Of a stretch of 64,000 bases of DNA, positions 1-12,655 are shown one piece after another. The DNA comes from Octopus bimaculoides (taxonomy: Eukaryota). The stretch lies in assembly GCF_001194135.2 (NCBI RefSeq), contig NC_068981.1, positions 130,565,803 to 130,629,802 on the forward strand, given 5' to 3'. Below the pieces are notes generated by a model. That model was not told the DNA's origin. It did no database searches and worked only from the letters and a program-made list of their open reading frames with translations. Position 1 is the stretch's first letter. Each line of letters starts with the position of its first letter. The translations under genes and the position numbers were made by a program.

Positions 1-1
1 T

Positions 2-61
<60 letters not shown>

Positions 62-399
62 TGGTATTTTTATATAAGCTTAAAGCTTATGGTGATCACC
101 GTGCAATGACTAAGGGAAATAGTTTAATAAAAGAGCATATAAGCCCTCGACAGAAAAAAAGAAAGCTTTTCTACAGTGATCGCCAAATGCTTTAAGTTTA
201 TATGATAATACTATTATTATTATTTACAGGATTGTAAAAATGGCATCGTATAAACAAACCATTTACACTGAAATATATATATATATATACATATATATAC
301 ATACACGAACACACACACACACACACACACAATGTAACCTCGTGTATATTGTTGGCGATTTTTTTCTTCTTCCGTCTTCCCTTCTTTGGACTTTCCTAT

Positions 400-434
400 A
401 TTTCCGACTAAGGGCTTTGCCTGAAACGTCAAAT
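400..434 (+). ncRNA. Degenerate hammerhead-like motif in a Penelope-like terminal repeat (about 230-510)
   Basis: ATTT-CCGACTA-A-GGGC(ttt)GCCT-GAAAC-GTC-AAAT; the core is mutated from CUGACGA. Confidence 0.45.
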
Positions 435-538
435 TCTCTTTCTTTCCTTTCCTGAGCGTCCAGTAACACAATAACTGTATCACGTCCTTGCGTTGTTGTT
501 TTTTGTTGTTTTTTGTCGTTTTTCTTGTTTGAATTCAC

Positions 539-590
<52 letters not shown>

Positions 591-655
591 GAGACACACA
601 CACACACACACACACACACATGCATTGACATAATTTTTCTTTTTCAATATTTCAG

Positions 656-716
656 CTTAAGAAGGATTATAGGATTTGGTGTTGGTACTGGAGCCAATAT
701 TTTGGTTAGATACAGT
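656..716 (+). CDS. NDRG: NDRG-family protein, internal exon (first visible; upstream exons lie left of the window)
   Basis: ttcag|C...TACAGT|gtaag; encodes LRRIIGFGVGTGANILVRYS, matching the NDRG nucleophile-elbow segment (cf. LKSIIGMGTGAGAYILTRFA); 61 nt, phase 2 to 0. Confidence 0.95.
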
Positions 717-926
717 GTAAGTATATTTATTTAGACTTTATTATTGTGTAGATGTCATAAAAGTTGTTTTGAGATTTATCAGCATACTGTTTTTAATATT
801 CGGTGGTAATTTAATGATTGAGAAAGATAAAAATTAATACTTTTTTGTAATATTGTAACTATTGTGTAAGGTAGATATGTAGAGTTAGTGAACATGGCAC
901 TGTGGTATATGCCTCTCTTTGTGGGT

Positions 927-1834
927 TCAAATGACTATGTCCCTATTTTGGTGTTGTTCACCTCGCATAAGCACCGCAACCTCATTACATGAGGGCTCAT
1001 TATAGTGATGAGCGTGTTGCCCAGAAGGCCTATGGTCCGCATTGATAACTAATGTGAACTCTGGAGAATGAGCTATTTCTAAGGCATACTTAAAACTATG
1101 AACATAGCTGTTTGTTTCGTGAATCAACTCCTGGAGCTGACATATTAAGGCTAGGTTGGTACCAGGTAAGAAGGACTGCCGTCTGGCAGCCTGGTTTGTG
1201 TAGTCGCCAACGAAGTAAAGTTGTAGAAACTGGGATGAGGCAGTATCGATTGGCTGAAGAGAACCAAGCCTGTGATATATTTGCCTCTGAACTTTAAAGG
1301 ATGGTATGAATTGTCCTTTTCTAATGTTAGCGCTGAACAAAATCATTTGGAAGGCGCAGTTGTAGGCGCGAATATGCTTAAGAAATTCGGTAGAGAAAGG
1401 CGAAGCCCCAGTCAAAAGGTCAACCAAAAGACCGGGGAGATCTTCAAATGGAAGTATTTTAATCTTACCATTTGAGCAGCACATGCTTGGGGTTTCCTCG
1501 GGCCACTTTTTGGCCTGACAAAAATCGCAGATCCTACTTATTGTGCCAATTGTAATGGCCTCTCTGCTGCTGTAGTTGCAACTGGGATCGAAAGTGAAAG
1601 CTTTTAATGACCAAAACTTACTTGAGGGTCATTGAAGTCCTAGCCTGTCAGCTGCAAATGTTATTCCTCCACCGTACCAGAACATTTTTTCGAAATCAAT
1701 TTATGCTTAAAACCTCCCCAGACACATAAGCAATGTGTGTGTGAAGTTTAAGAAAAATTGGTCGAGCTGTTTTGGTGCAAAACGAGGACATACCAACCCC
1801 CACCCACATTCATTTTCAGTTGTAATATGTAAGA
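927..1834 (-). mobile_element. Helitron 5' fragment (Rep N-terminal region), 3'-truncated
   Basis: Minus frame open about 1628 to 927: AFTFDPSCNYS..IGTISRICDFCQAKKWPEETPSMCCSNGK..IRAYNCAFQM..FKVQRQIYHRLGSLQP..YNEPSCNEVAVLM..RDIVI, typical of Helitron Rep N-termini. Candidate 5' terminus A|TCTTACATATTA at 1834. Confidence 0.85.
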
Positions 1835-2369
1835 TATATTTTAAATATAGATGATGAAGTTATTCTGTTTAATGTTCCGAATATCGAATGATTAAGAAAT
1901 TAGAATGACAAAAGAATTAATAATTATGGACTTAATTAGCTTATAACTAATTCTGCTTATAAGGTGGAATGCACTCATAGTTGAATGCTTGTTTATCACC
2001 ATGCAGCTTCATCGGAGTTTATTGCACTTCATGTTTGAAACTTTGATGAAGCTATAGAGTGACACCCAAGCACTCAACTATGAGTGTATTGCATCTGATA
2101 GCAGAAACAGAAGTGAGCTAATTAAGTTCATGACCTAATTGTTCTTTCCTTTGTCATTTTAATTTCTTATTACCACTTTGTACTCAACTGAAGTTACATT
2201 CTGAAGCATATGTATATTGATTAATTATTAATGTGAATTATAAACTTCTAATTTCACTTATTTCCAAGAAAATTTGGATTTTCATTATTCATATATTCAT
2301 AATTACCTGCTTTACTCTTTTCTGTTATTGAATAGTATAATATGACTCTGTTCCTAATTGTCATTCCAG

Positions 2370-2456
2370 TTGTGTCACCCAAGCTTTGTCGATTCGTTGG
2401 TGGTGATTAATCCCACTTGTGATGCTCCTGGATGGATAGAATGGGGCTACCAAAAA
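2370..2456 (+). CDS. NDRG: NDRG exon
   Basis: ttccag|TTG...AAA|gtaagt; LCHPSFVDSLVVINPTCDAPGWIEWGYQK (cf. NDRG [29 protein letters not shown]); 87 nt, phase 0-0. Confidence 0.95.
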
Positions 2457-2984
2457 GTAAGTTTCATTGTTGTTTTTGTTGATGTTGACATTTTTCACAA
2501 ACTAGAAATTAGCTCTTTTTCTTTAAAAAAAAATTATTTTGTTATTTTCTATGAGGTGAGAAGCAGTACCCACAATCTTCGCAATCCCCATCAGATCAAT
2601 GGGGTGGTTATCATTTAACCTTAGGTCTACACTAACTGAGCAGACCTGTGATCAATATGTCTCAAGTCATGACCATTCTGTTTACTTGGGCATTGAGCAA
2701 TGTTTCCTCTAAGTTTTAGGAAGTGAGTACAAATATCTTATGTTGACTAATTCTTTTTTCGTCTGACACACATATGTGCACACTGAATATTTAAGTACAA
2801 TTATGTTATTTTTGACAACAAACTTTTTGTGTATGACTGTGTGGTTTAGAAGTTTACTTCTCAACCACTTGGTTTCAGATTCAATCTCACTGCATGGCAT
2901 CTTGGGCAAGAGTCTTCTACTATAACTGCAGAAGGATCAAAACTGTGTGAACAAATATGGTAGATGGAAACTGAAAGAAACTCC

Positions 2985-3026
<42 letters not shown>

Positions 3027-3869
3027 TCTCTACATTACATGGTGGTTGTAAAGGTTTGTGACTCTGCAGACATGGAAGTGTTGTTAGCCAGGTCTGTCTG
3101 TGATGCATGTAGAACAAAGAGACTGTTCTGATTGTGTGTATACCTATCCAGTGTGAGAGTGTTACTGACTTGTGGAGTTGTTTCAAAAAACTATTATTAT
3201 GTAAGATGGATCTAGCTATTCACTGACTCCCTCATGAAAATCACCCTGGCCAATTTCCTTTAGCTGAGAAGTGTAGTTGGTTCTCTTCTGGATAATATTT
3301 CTGATAAGAGAGGTTGTGTGATGAGTACAATGAAAGAACTCATGACAGGAGTTTTCTTCTGTCCATCAAGCCCCTCATTGACTTTTTGAAGTTTCATTTA
3401 AAGTGCAAGGTGAATGTAGGGAGGTAAGGGCAGCCTTCCTTCTTATTACTAAATTTATTAAAAGATGATGAGTGAACATGGCCCAGTTCAATGGTGAGCA
3501 TGTGCCTATAAGCTGGAGAATGACAACTGCTAGAAGGCAGTTACCCTTGAAAGGGTAATCTAAGATTGCTCGGAATTCCTTGATTAACTCTAAATGACAG
3601 TCTACTCTGGGGATGTTATAAAATTTTGTATGCTGTGTATATAAAATTTTGTATTAATTTTTTTTTCATTTATATGATTTTAATGTAACCCCACCACTTT
3701 TTGTGTGTTGCTTTTGTAGCAAATAAATAAAAATCATCAGTTAAAATTGAGTACAGAAAGGTTAAAAAGCAGAACAAAATTCCTTACTGTATTTAATTTT
3801 ACTCCTCCAAATTTTATGTTCAAATCTTGCAAGATCTGGTCTGATTCACCTCATTATATTTCTGCCCCG

Positions 3870-3903
<34 letters not shown>

Positions 3904-4120
3904 CCTTGTATCAGTTGAAGAAAAATCAAATGAAACCAAAAATTTGTTATTCAAATACAAACTTATATAAAAGCTTTCTACTTTATGATAATGGGTATTC
4001 TAAATCTGTTTTTTTTTTCTTTGTACTGGAAATTTTATGTTACATTCACTGACAGTTTTTAACCTCTTAAACCCACTGTGTAATGTATTTAATCTACTTT
4101 TGTTTTCTTTGACATTATAG

Positions 4121-4198
4121 ATGAACATGTGGTATTTGTTTAGTGGTCAAATGACAAACTTTACTGAAGAGTATCTCTTGTGGCATTGGTTCGGAAAG
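4121..4198 (+). CDS. NDRG: NDRG exon
   Basis: ttatag|ATG...AAG|gtatg; MNMWYLFSGQMTNFTEEYLLWHWFGK; 78 nt, phase 0-0. Confidence 0.93.
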
Positions 4199-5260
4199 GT
4201 ATGTTGTACTCCTGAATATCTTAAACATAATCAATAAACAGAATGTCAATAATGGTACCAAAAAAATGTGATATTAGTATCATTGTGGTTAATAAGTGGC
4301 AAACTAGTAGAATTGATAGAGTGCCTGACTAAATGCATAGTGGCGTTTAGCTATAGTGTGTTACATTTTGAGTTCAAATCCAGTGGGAGAAAGATTGCAG
4401 TGTTGTCTTTCAACTCTCTGGATTTGACAAAATAAATATCAAATATATTCACATATGGTACCCCATTTTGAGGGGTTTTGTCTTGTGAGTACTTGGTGAA
4501 TTTACTAGTGTTGGTATCACCCAAAAAAAAAGAAAAGCACTTAACACATTGTGATGTGGTTGGTGCATCCACTTGTAGAAGGGCATCCACTTGTAGAAAC
4601 CATGCTAAAGCAGATATTGGAGTGCAACGTTCTGGCATCTTAATTCCTAACAAAATGCCCAACCCATGTCAGGATGGAAAAATGGTTGTTAAATAATGAT
4701 GCTGAAGTTGAGTCCAATCATCTAATCCTCTCCCTTTACAAATTGGTTGCTCTGTGCTCATAATGTAAGACCTCATTATTATTTTGGTGAATAAGGCAGC
4801 TAGCTGGCAGAATTGTTAGTACCCCAGACAAAATGTTTAGCAGCATTTTGTCCGTCTTTATGTTCTGAGTTCAAATTCCACCGAGGTTGACTTCGCCTTT
4901 CATCCTTTCAGGGTCGATAAAATAAATACCAGTCGAGTACTGGGGTTGATGTAATCAAGCTGAAACATAATTGACAAAAGCCATAACTGTAACATTATCT
5001 CATTCCTTTCAACTGTAAATGTGTGGTCTACCTCCTCAATAAGTAATCATTATTTTTATTGATTTTTCATCATTGGCACAAGTAACACATTTTAGTGGAA
5101 AAGTATAGTTGATTAACCCAACCTCTTTACTTTCAGTGGCACTTTATCAATCCCCAGAAGGGTGAAAGGCAAATTTGAACTCAATGTAGCAGATGATATC
5201 TAAATGTTTCAGAGGATTTTCTTAGACACTCTAACAATTCTACCATACAACATATGATTG

Positions 5261-5446
5261 TTAACCCTTTAGCATTTAAAATATTGTATCTTTTTTATGT
5301 TCAAGCCATCCTGATCCAGCCTCTCACACCGCTTCTCCAATAAACAATCACATATCAAAAGCTCTAAGATAATGCAGGATTAAATCAAAACAATATGAAT
5401 AAATAAGCATTATATTTGACAGAATAATCTGAATGCTAAAGGGTTA
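5261..5446. mobile_element. piggyBac-type MITE (internally deleted); further copies near 28020-28238, 43383-43520, 43948-44166, 46554-46740, 51402-51626
   Basis: Shared TTAACCCTTTAGCATT / AATGCTAAAGGGTTA termini and internal sequence. Confidence 0.75.
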
Positions 5447-5667
5447 GGGCATTGGATAGCTAGTAAACTGGTAGAGCAATTTGTGATATATAGTTATGTC
5501 CCTTTGCATTATGAGTTCAAATTTCATTGGAATTAACTTTATCTTTCATCCCTCAGTTTCAATACAAGAAGCACAAGTATTGATGTTGATTAACGTTTGT
5601 GGCCTTTGTTATTGTTTTATTGTTTTATAAGATTGTGTTATTTCATATAATTATTGTTTTTACCTAG

Positions 5668-5768
5668 AAAACTCGATGGGAAAACCATGATTTAGTCAAT
5701 GTGTACAAGGACTGCATCAAAGCTATTAATCCACAAAACCTGGCATTATTCATAGAATCTTATCTGAG
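5668..5768 (+). CDS. NDRG: NDRG exon
   Basis: cctag|AAA...CTGAG|gtag; KTRWENHDLVNVYKDCIKAINPQNLALFIESYL(R); 101 nt, phase 0-2. Confidence 0.93.
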
Positions 5769-5863
5769 GTAGATACTTTTAAACTTTTTAGACTTTCATT
5801 AAGAATCCATACAATGGATAAAGTTTAGCAAAGTTATATTTCTTTTCTCTTCTTCTATTTCAG

Positions 5864-5929
5864 ACGAACTGATCTTGGTTTGATCCGAGAACTGGATAAT
5901 ATTCGCAGGAACACTGTGAAGAATGTAAA
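5864..5929 (+). CDS. NDRG: NDRG exon
   Basis: tttcag|A...GTAAA|gtaagt after a 95-nt intron; RTDLGLIRELDNIRRNTVKNV(K); 66 nt, phase 2-2. Confidence 0.93.
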
Positions 5930-6451
5930 GTAAGTGTCAAGAATCTTTGTCTCTTTTTATACGGGTTGTATATGGCAAGCTGGCAGAATCGTTAGCATGT
6001 CAGGCAAAATGTTTAGCAGCATTTCATCTGTCCTTATGTTTCGAGTTCAAATTCCGCTGACATTGACTTTGCCTTTCATCCCTTTCAAGGTCGATAAATT
6101 AAGAACCAGTGGAGTACTGGGGTCAATGTAATTGACTTAACCCCTCCCCCCAAATCTCAGACCTTGTGCCTACAGTAGAAAGGATTATTTGGATTGTATT
6201 TCTTTATGCATTTCAGTTCTGTTTACTGAGAATCTTTATCTTCTCTTTTGTCTGTTCTAACTATTTCTTTAAAATATTTCCTTAGTTTGCCTCCACTGGG
6301 GGTACCCTTTAACTGCTAACTCCTATCACTTTCTAAATGTAGAATATATAATTTATTCAGATTACATTTCATACTAATATTAGTATATCCTTAGCTAATC
6401 TCTTTGTCCAACTATTTCTTCAACTCCCTTGTGCTCAATCTTTCTTACACA

Positions 6452-6510
<59 letters not shown>

Positions 6511-8484
6511 CTTATCCAGTAGAAAATACTAAACTGTTTTTCCAGCAGGGTTAGCCATATATCTCCTCTACAAGAAGACACCTGTTCCCACCCCTCTATC
6601 AAAACTTGGCATAAGCCACCTTCTTCAATACTACACCCTCTCAATCAAGAGGTCTTGTCTTGTGAGCTACTCGGTGACCTCACTAGTGCCAGTGACATAA
6701 AAAAAAAAGTACCCACCACACTCTGTAGAGTGATAGATGTGAGGAAGTGCATTCAGCTATCGAAACCATGGCAGAACAGACATTGCAGCATGACACAATC
6801 CTATGACTTGTAATCCTGTCAAACCACCCAGTTCATGCTGGCATGGAAGACAAACGATAATGATGATATCTAAGCAACCATTCTAGATTTTTTAGTATTC
6901 ATTACCATTTGTTGTATCTTTTGTATGAAGGCAAACGTTTTGTTTCCAAGGAACTTGTTCCACACACTCTTCTAACTTTAGTCACTAAGTTATCACTAGA
7001 TCTACTAAAGATGCATCACCAGATTATTTCTACTTTTGGGGTACCTGCTGTACAATTAATGATCTTCAGGTCATGTATAATTACTATGTAAGCTACTCTT
7101 ATGCATCTGTTATATCTCATCAATTCAAAAACACACTTCTTGCTAAGGCCAGTGCCATGGATGAAAAAGGATGGAATGGCATCATCACTAGAGTCCATCA
7201 TTCAGCAGCACCCACAGCAGCGTATTGGCTAAGAGGACAATCTACAGTATATCGCATGCTTACCTTCTTCTGCACATTATTCAAGAACCATTTTTCTGTT
7301 GTTTAAGTTTTGGGCCCATACGATGAACATGTGAACTAAAGCATACTCTATCAAATTTTTAAACCCCTTTTATAGATTCTGCAATAGGCCTCAATAAGCA
7401 ATTCAGTCATAAATTCCTTTGATGTTACCATTTAATGGTGTCCTGGAAGTAGGAGGTCAAGAAAGATTATGTTACATTTTAGCATTCTACAATGAAAAGA
7501 AATGTGTTGAGAATAGACATTTGGGAATATCTTTGCATATAGTAAATTTCTCAGTAATCATGATCTTTAATAAGCACTCTCTTATTTACTTAATTGAAAT
7601 GAGATCACAACACACATATATCTACGCAGAGCTTTCTTATTGCTTACCTGACTGTTGAGCATGGAATCTTGTCAAAATCTTTCTCAAATATTTAAAATAA
7701 AAAAAAAAAGTGGAAGATATTTCTTTGTGAAATATTTATCATTTAAAGAATAAAAAGTTTAGAATGGTACAACAATGCACTACAAAACAAAAAAATGGAC
7801 TATATACCTGTTGTAATTTGGTTATCTATAGTCCGATGATATTTCGGAATTACAATTGTAATTCCGAAATATCCGAAATATCATCGGACTTGTTTTATAG
7901 TGCATTGTTGTACCATTCTTAACTTTTTATTCTTTACAAACAATACACAATGCTTCAAGTGAACTACAATACTCTCCTATTTATCATTTAGTTGACTTCA
8001 CAAATATACCATTTGGGTAGCCCCTATGCCCTATTAGAAACAAAGACTTCATCCCAAGAATTATTACTTTATTCTGTACAAGATTTTCTTTCTCCCACCT
8101 TCACTACTTATCTTTTGTGTCATGAAGTATGATTATAAGACCCTGGAATTATACATGGTTCTTTCTAATGATTGAGCTTGCTTACAATATTCTAATATTT
8201 TAATTAGTTACAGAATCAAGGTGGTAAGCTGCAGAATAGTCAGCATGCCGGACAAAAAATCCTTAGCGACATTTCTTCCAGATTTATGTTCTGAGTCCAA
8301 ATTCCACCAAGGTTGACTTTGTTTTTGTCCTTTCAGGGTTGATAAAATAAATACTAGTCAAGCCCTGGGATCGGTGTAATCAACCAGCTCCATCTCTCAA
8401 AAGTTCAGGCCCCGTCCCTGTAGTAGAATGAATTATTTATAGGATTATAATACAATATGGTTTTTTTTTTTTTTAATCTTTCAG

Positions 8485-8584
8485 ATGCCGCACTATGCTG
8501 CTGGTTGGTGATGACTCTCCTCATCTTGATGAAGTTGTTAATATGAATGGAAGGATGGATCCTCAGGAGACTGATTTCGTTAAG
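8485..8584 (+). CDS. NDRG: NDRG exon
   Basis: tttcag|A...AAG|gtattt; CRTMLLVGDDSPHLDEVVNMNGRMDPQETDFVK (cf. [33 protein letters not shown]); 100 nt, phase 2-0. Confidence 0.95.
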
Positions 8585-9092
8585 GTATTTCATAGCTGCT
8601 TTTTTTCATTCTTTAACTTTTCATTTGAATTCATGAAACAAGGCCTATTATCGTTCACAGAAAGGTGTTGACAATGTAATTCTGATGTCAAAATCTTATT
8701 CCAGCATTCTAGTACTTCTTAGTTTGTTCTGTTGCTGTTATCCTCTTTCTTTTACTTGTGTTTGTCATCGGACTATGGCCATGTTGGGGTACCACCCTGA
8801 AGGCTCAACTGAACAAATAGATCCTAATAATAATTTTAAAGTCTGGTATTTATTTTATTGGTCACTTTTACACCCAGTGAATAACATCCAGTACACTCTG
8901 TAAAGTAGTTGACATTAGGAAGGGAATCCAGCTGTAGAAACTAAGCCAAAACAGATTTGGAAACCTGGTGCAGCCCTTGGCTTTGCCATCTCTTGTCAAG
9001 CTGTCCAACCTATGCCAGTATGGAAAACAGACGTTAAATGTTGATGATGATGATGATGGTGTTGTTTGTCCCCACCATACCACTTGACTAGT

Positions 9093-9471
9093 GGAGGCGC
9101 AATGACCCAGTGGTTAGGGCAGCGGACGCGCAGTCGTAGGATCGCGGTTTCGATTCCCAGACCGAGCATTGTGAGTGTTTATTGAGCGAAAACACCTAAA
9201 GCTCCACGAGGCTCCGGCAGGGGATGGTGGTGAACCGTGCTGTACTCTTTCACCACAACTTTCTCTCACTCTTTCTTCCTGTTTCTGTTGTACCTGTAAT
9301 TCAAAGGGTCAGCCTTGTCACACTGTGTCACGCTGAATATCCCCGAGAACTACGTTAAGGGTACACGTGTCTGTGGAGTGCTCAGCCACTTGCACGTTAA
9401 TTTCACGAGCAGGCTGTTCCGTTGATCGGATGAACTGGAACCCTCGACGTCGTAACCGACGGAATGCCAAC
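9093..9471 (+). mobile_element. SINE family D (GGAGGCGCAATGGCCCAGTGGTTAGGG tRNA-derived head), about 380 bp
   Basis: Near-identical reverse copy at 60253-60636; degenerate copies at 13284-13612 and near 26975. Confidence 0.85.
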
Positions 9472-9691
9472 CACCATTTGACAACCAGTGTTGGGTTGTT
9501 AATGTCCCTGTAGTTTAGTGGTTTAGCAAAAGAAGTCAATAGAATAAGTACCAGGCTTAAAAAGCAATTTGTTTGATTAAACCATTCAAAGTAGTGCTCC
9601 AGCATGGCAGCAGCCCAATGACTGAAACAAGTAAAAGATAAAAAATAACCTGTTTTTTTTTCAAATAAAAAAATTTCTGTTTTTGTTTTAG

Positions 9692-9779
9692 ATTGCTGAT
9701 TGTGGTGGTATGCCCCTTGAGGAGCAACCAGCCAAAGTGTGTGAGGCTTTCCGGTACTTTCTTCAAGGAATGGGCTACA
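9692..9779 (+). CDS. NDRG: NDRG exon
   Basis: ttttag|ATT...TACA|gtaagt; [29 protein letters not shown], a hallmark NDRG motif; 88 nt, phase 0-1. Confidence 0.97.
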
Positions 9780-10600
9780 GTAAGTAACCATATACTCTAT
9801 CTGCTTACTCATATTCCCCCTTCTCCCACCTTTTTTTTTTCCATCTCCAGTATTTGTTAGTCTTCAGTTAGTAAACTTCACCATGTCTAATTCTTCTTTC
9901 TCTGAACTCTTGGAATATTTCAAAAATGGTCCCTGATCACTGCATGATAAGCTAACCAAAACATTCTTCATGCTCACAGTTAACATTTCACCTGCTTTCA
10001 TTCATTAAGGATAAATTTCATTCAATTGCGAAAGTGATTATCTTCATTTGTCCATCTCACTTGCGGTTCTAATACAGCAGTGCATTGTGGCTTCATAATT
10101 TTTTTTTTTATCTTCAGCTTTATTTAAATCAAGTAATGTGTGCTGTAAAACTACTTGAAACACATTCAGAGATACGCTATATTTTGCTTCTTAATTAAAA
10201 GGTATCAACTTAAGATGAACGGTTATTATTTGGATAATACCATAATATCATCTAATTTATTAGTCCTAAAGTTTATGCACATTCACGGGAAAAGACACCA
10301 TCATCTTGGTGGCTTTACCCTGTGCAGGTGGCACGTAAAAAACACCACTTGAGCATGGTCGTTGCCAGTACTGCCTGACTGGCCCTCATGCTGGTGGCAC
10401 GTAAAAGCACCCACTACACTCTCAGAGTGGTTGGCATTAGGAAGGGCATCCAGGTGTAGAAACTCTGCCAGATCAGATTGGAGCCTGGTGCAGCCATCTG
10501 ATTTGCCAGTCCTCAGTCAAATTGTCCAACCCATGCTAGCATGGAAAGCGGACGTTAAACAATGATGAAGATGATGGTGATATTGTCTTTTTAAATATAT

Positions 10601-10635
<35 letters not shown>

Positions 10636-11433
10636 NNNNNNNNNNNNNNNNNNNNNNNNNNNNNNNNNNNNNNNNNNNNNNNNNNNNNNNNNNNNNNNNN
10701 NNNNNNNNNNNNNNNNNNNNNNNNNNNNNNNNNNNNNNNNNNNNNNNNNNNNNNNNNNNNNNNNNNNNNNNNNNNNNNNNNNNNNNNNNNNNNNNNNNNN
10801 NNNNNNNNNNNNNNNNNNNNNNNNNNNNNNNNNNNNNNNNNNNNNNNNNNNNNNNNNNNNNNNNNNNNNNNNNNNNNNNNNNNNNNNNNNNNNNNNNNNN
10901 NNNNNNNNNNNNNNNNNNNNNNNNNNNNNNNNNNNNNNNNNNNNNNNNNNNNNNNNNNNNNNNNNNNNNNNNNNNNNNNNNNNNNNNNNNNNNNNNNNNN
11001 NNNNNNNNNNNNNNNNNNNNNNNNNNNNNNNNNNNNNNNNNNNNNNNNNNNNNNNNNNNNNNNNNNNNNNNNNNNNNNNNNNNNNNNNNNNNNNNNNNNN
11101 NNNNNNNNNNNNNNNNNNNNNNNNNNNNNNNNNNNNNNNNNNNNNNNNNNNNNNNNNNNNNNNNNNNNNNNNNNNNNNNNNNNNNNNNNNNNNNNNNNNN
11201 NNNNNNNNNNNNNNNNNNNNNNNNNNNNNNNNNNNNNNNNNNNNNNNNNNNNNNNNNNNNNNNNNNNNNNNNNNNNNNNNNNNNNNNNNNNNNNNNNNNN
11301 NNNNNNNNNNNNNNNNNNNNNNNNNNNNNNNNNNNNNNNNNNNNNNNNNNNNNNNNNNNNNNNNNNNNNNNNNNNNNNNNNNNNNNNNNNNNNNNNNNNN
11401 NNNNNNNNNNNNNNNNNNNNNNNNNNNNNNNNN
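10636..11433. other. Assembly gap (N); others at 18016-18025, 20055-20521, 22025-22389, 39033-39648, 49958-50007, 52163-52750
   Basis: Runs of n, mostly bounded by microsatellites or poly-A. Confidence 1.
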
Positions 11434-11434
11434 N

Positions 11435-11485
<51 letters not shown>

Positions 11486-11834
11486 ATGTACATGTATATG
11501 GTGAGCTGGCAGAATCGTTAGCATGTTGCATGAAATGCTTGGTGGTGTCTTGTATTTATGTTCAGAGTTCAAATTCTGCAGAGGTCGACTTTGCCTTTGA
11601 TCCTTTTGGGGTCGTTAAAATAAATACCAGTTGAGCACTGGGGTTGATGTAATCGACTTAACTACTCCTGGGTAAGAGTACAAAAACTGCATTCTCTGCC
11701 AAGCCATGTCGAGCCAGTGTGGAAGAGTAGGCTTATCAAACCAGTATGATCTCAAGCTATTTTCTGCTGGAGAGAACATGCTGAGGCCTTCATTCATTCT
11801 GCAGTGGATGAACATGGACAATGAAACGTAGTCC

Positions 11835-11873
<39 letters not shown>

Positions 11874-12013
11874 AAGGGTATCCAGCCATAAAAACCATGC
11901 CAAAACAGATAGTGGATCTAACCGAAGTCCTCTGGCTTGCCATCTCCTGTCAAACTGTTCAACCCATACCAACATGGAAGACAGACGTTAAATGATGATG
12001 ATATGTATATACA

Positions 12014-12071
<58 letters not shown>

Positions 12072-12589
12072 CATACACACACTCATCACACATATATGCA
12101 CTACTATACTGGAAGCAGGCTGGACAATGATACACTATGTGGAGCTCCAAACTCACCAGTAGTAATCATACATCTAACTGTACACACAAGATATAATATA
12201 TACATTGGCAGATGCATTGCCATAGGTTCAGGAATGGCAATGTTGTTCAGAAGTTTGCTTCCCAACCACATGATTCTGTGTTCAATCTCACTAGGTTTTA
12301 CCTTGGGCAAATATCTTCTACTAGAACCTTGTGCCAACCAAAGCCTTCTGAGTGAATTTACTTGATGAAAACTGAAAGAAGCTTGCCTCACACACACTGG
12401 TGTATATGTGTGTGTGTCCTTGTGATAGCTATAAAATGATTGTCACTGTTATACAAGCAGTGTCATTCATTTCTAGTATTCTGTGAAGACATGTCTAGCC
12501 ATGGGGAAACAGGTTCATAACAAAAAAGACATCCTTCCTGTCTTAATAAATTCTGCTTAGCCCATGGAAAGTGAAAGTTAAAAGGATGA

Positions 12590-12655
<66 letters not shown>

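Noticed and set aside
220-734. ORFs rich in YIYI, HTHT, CVCV or LSLS runs across the window
   Set aside because: They are translations of (TA)n, (CA)n and (CT)n microsatellites or SINE interiors. Only the embedded NDRG exon at 656-716 is real.
6900-7330. GC-balanced stretch with several 60-77 aa ORFs
   Set aside because: No recognisable motif or consistent splice sites; probably an old TE relic that I cannot classify.
9093-9170. tRNA-like sequences at SINE heads (also 46968-47030, 48433, 60560-60633)
   Set aside because: No complete cloverleaf or acceptor stem, and each continues into a repeated SINE body. They are not tRNA genes.
10517-11634. Long ORFs of 160-350 aa here and at 19976-20619, 21971-22505, 38970-39726, 52125-52827
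   Set aside because: They span N gaps (poly-X) and microsatellites; these are artefacts.
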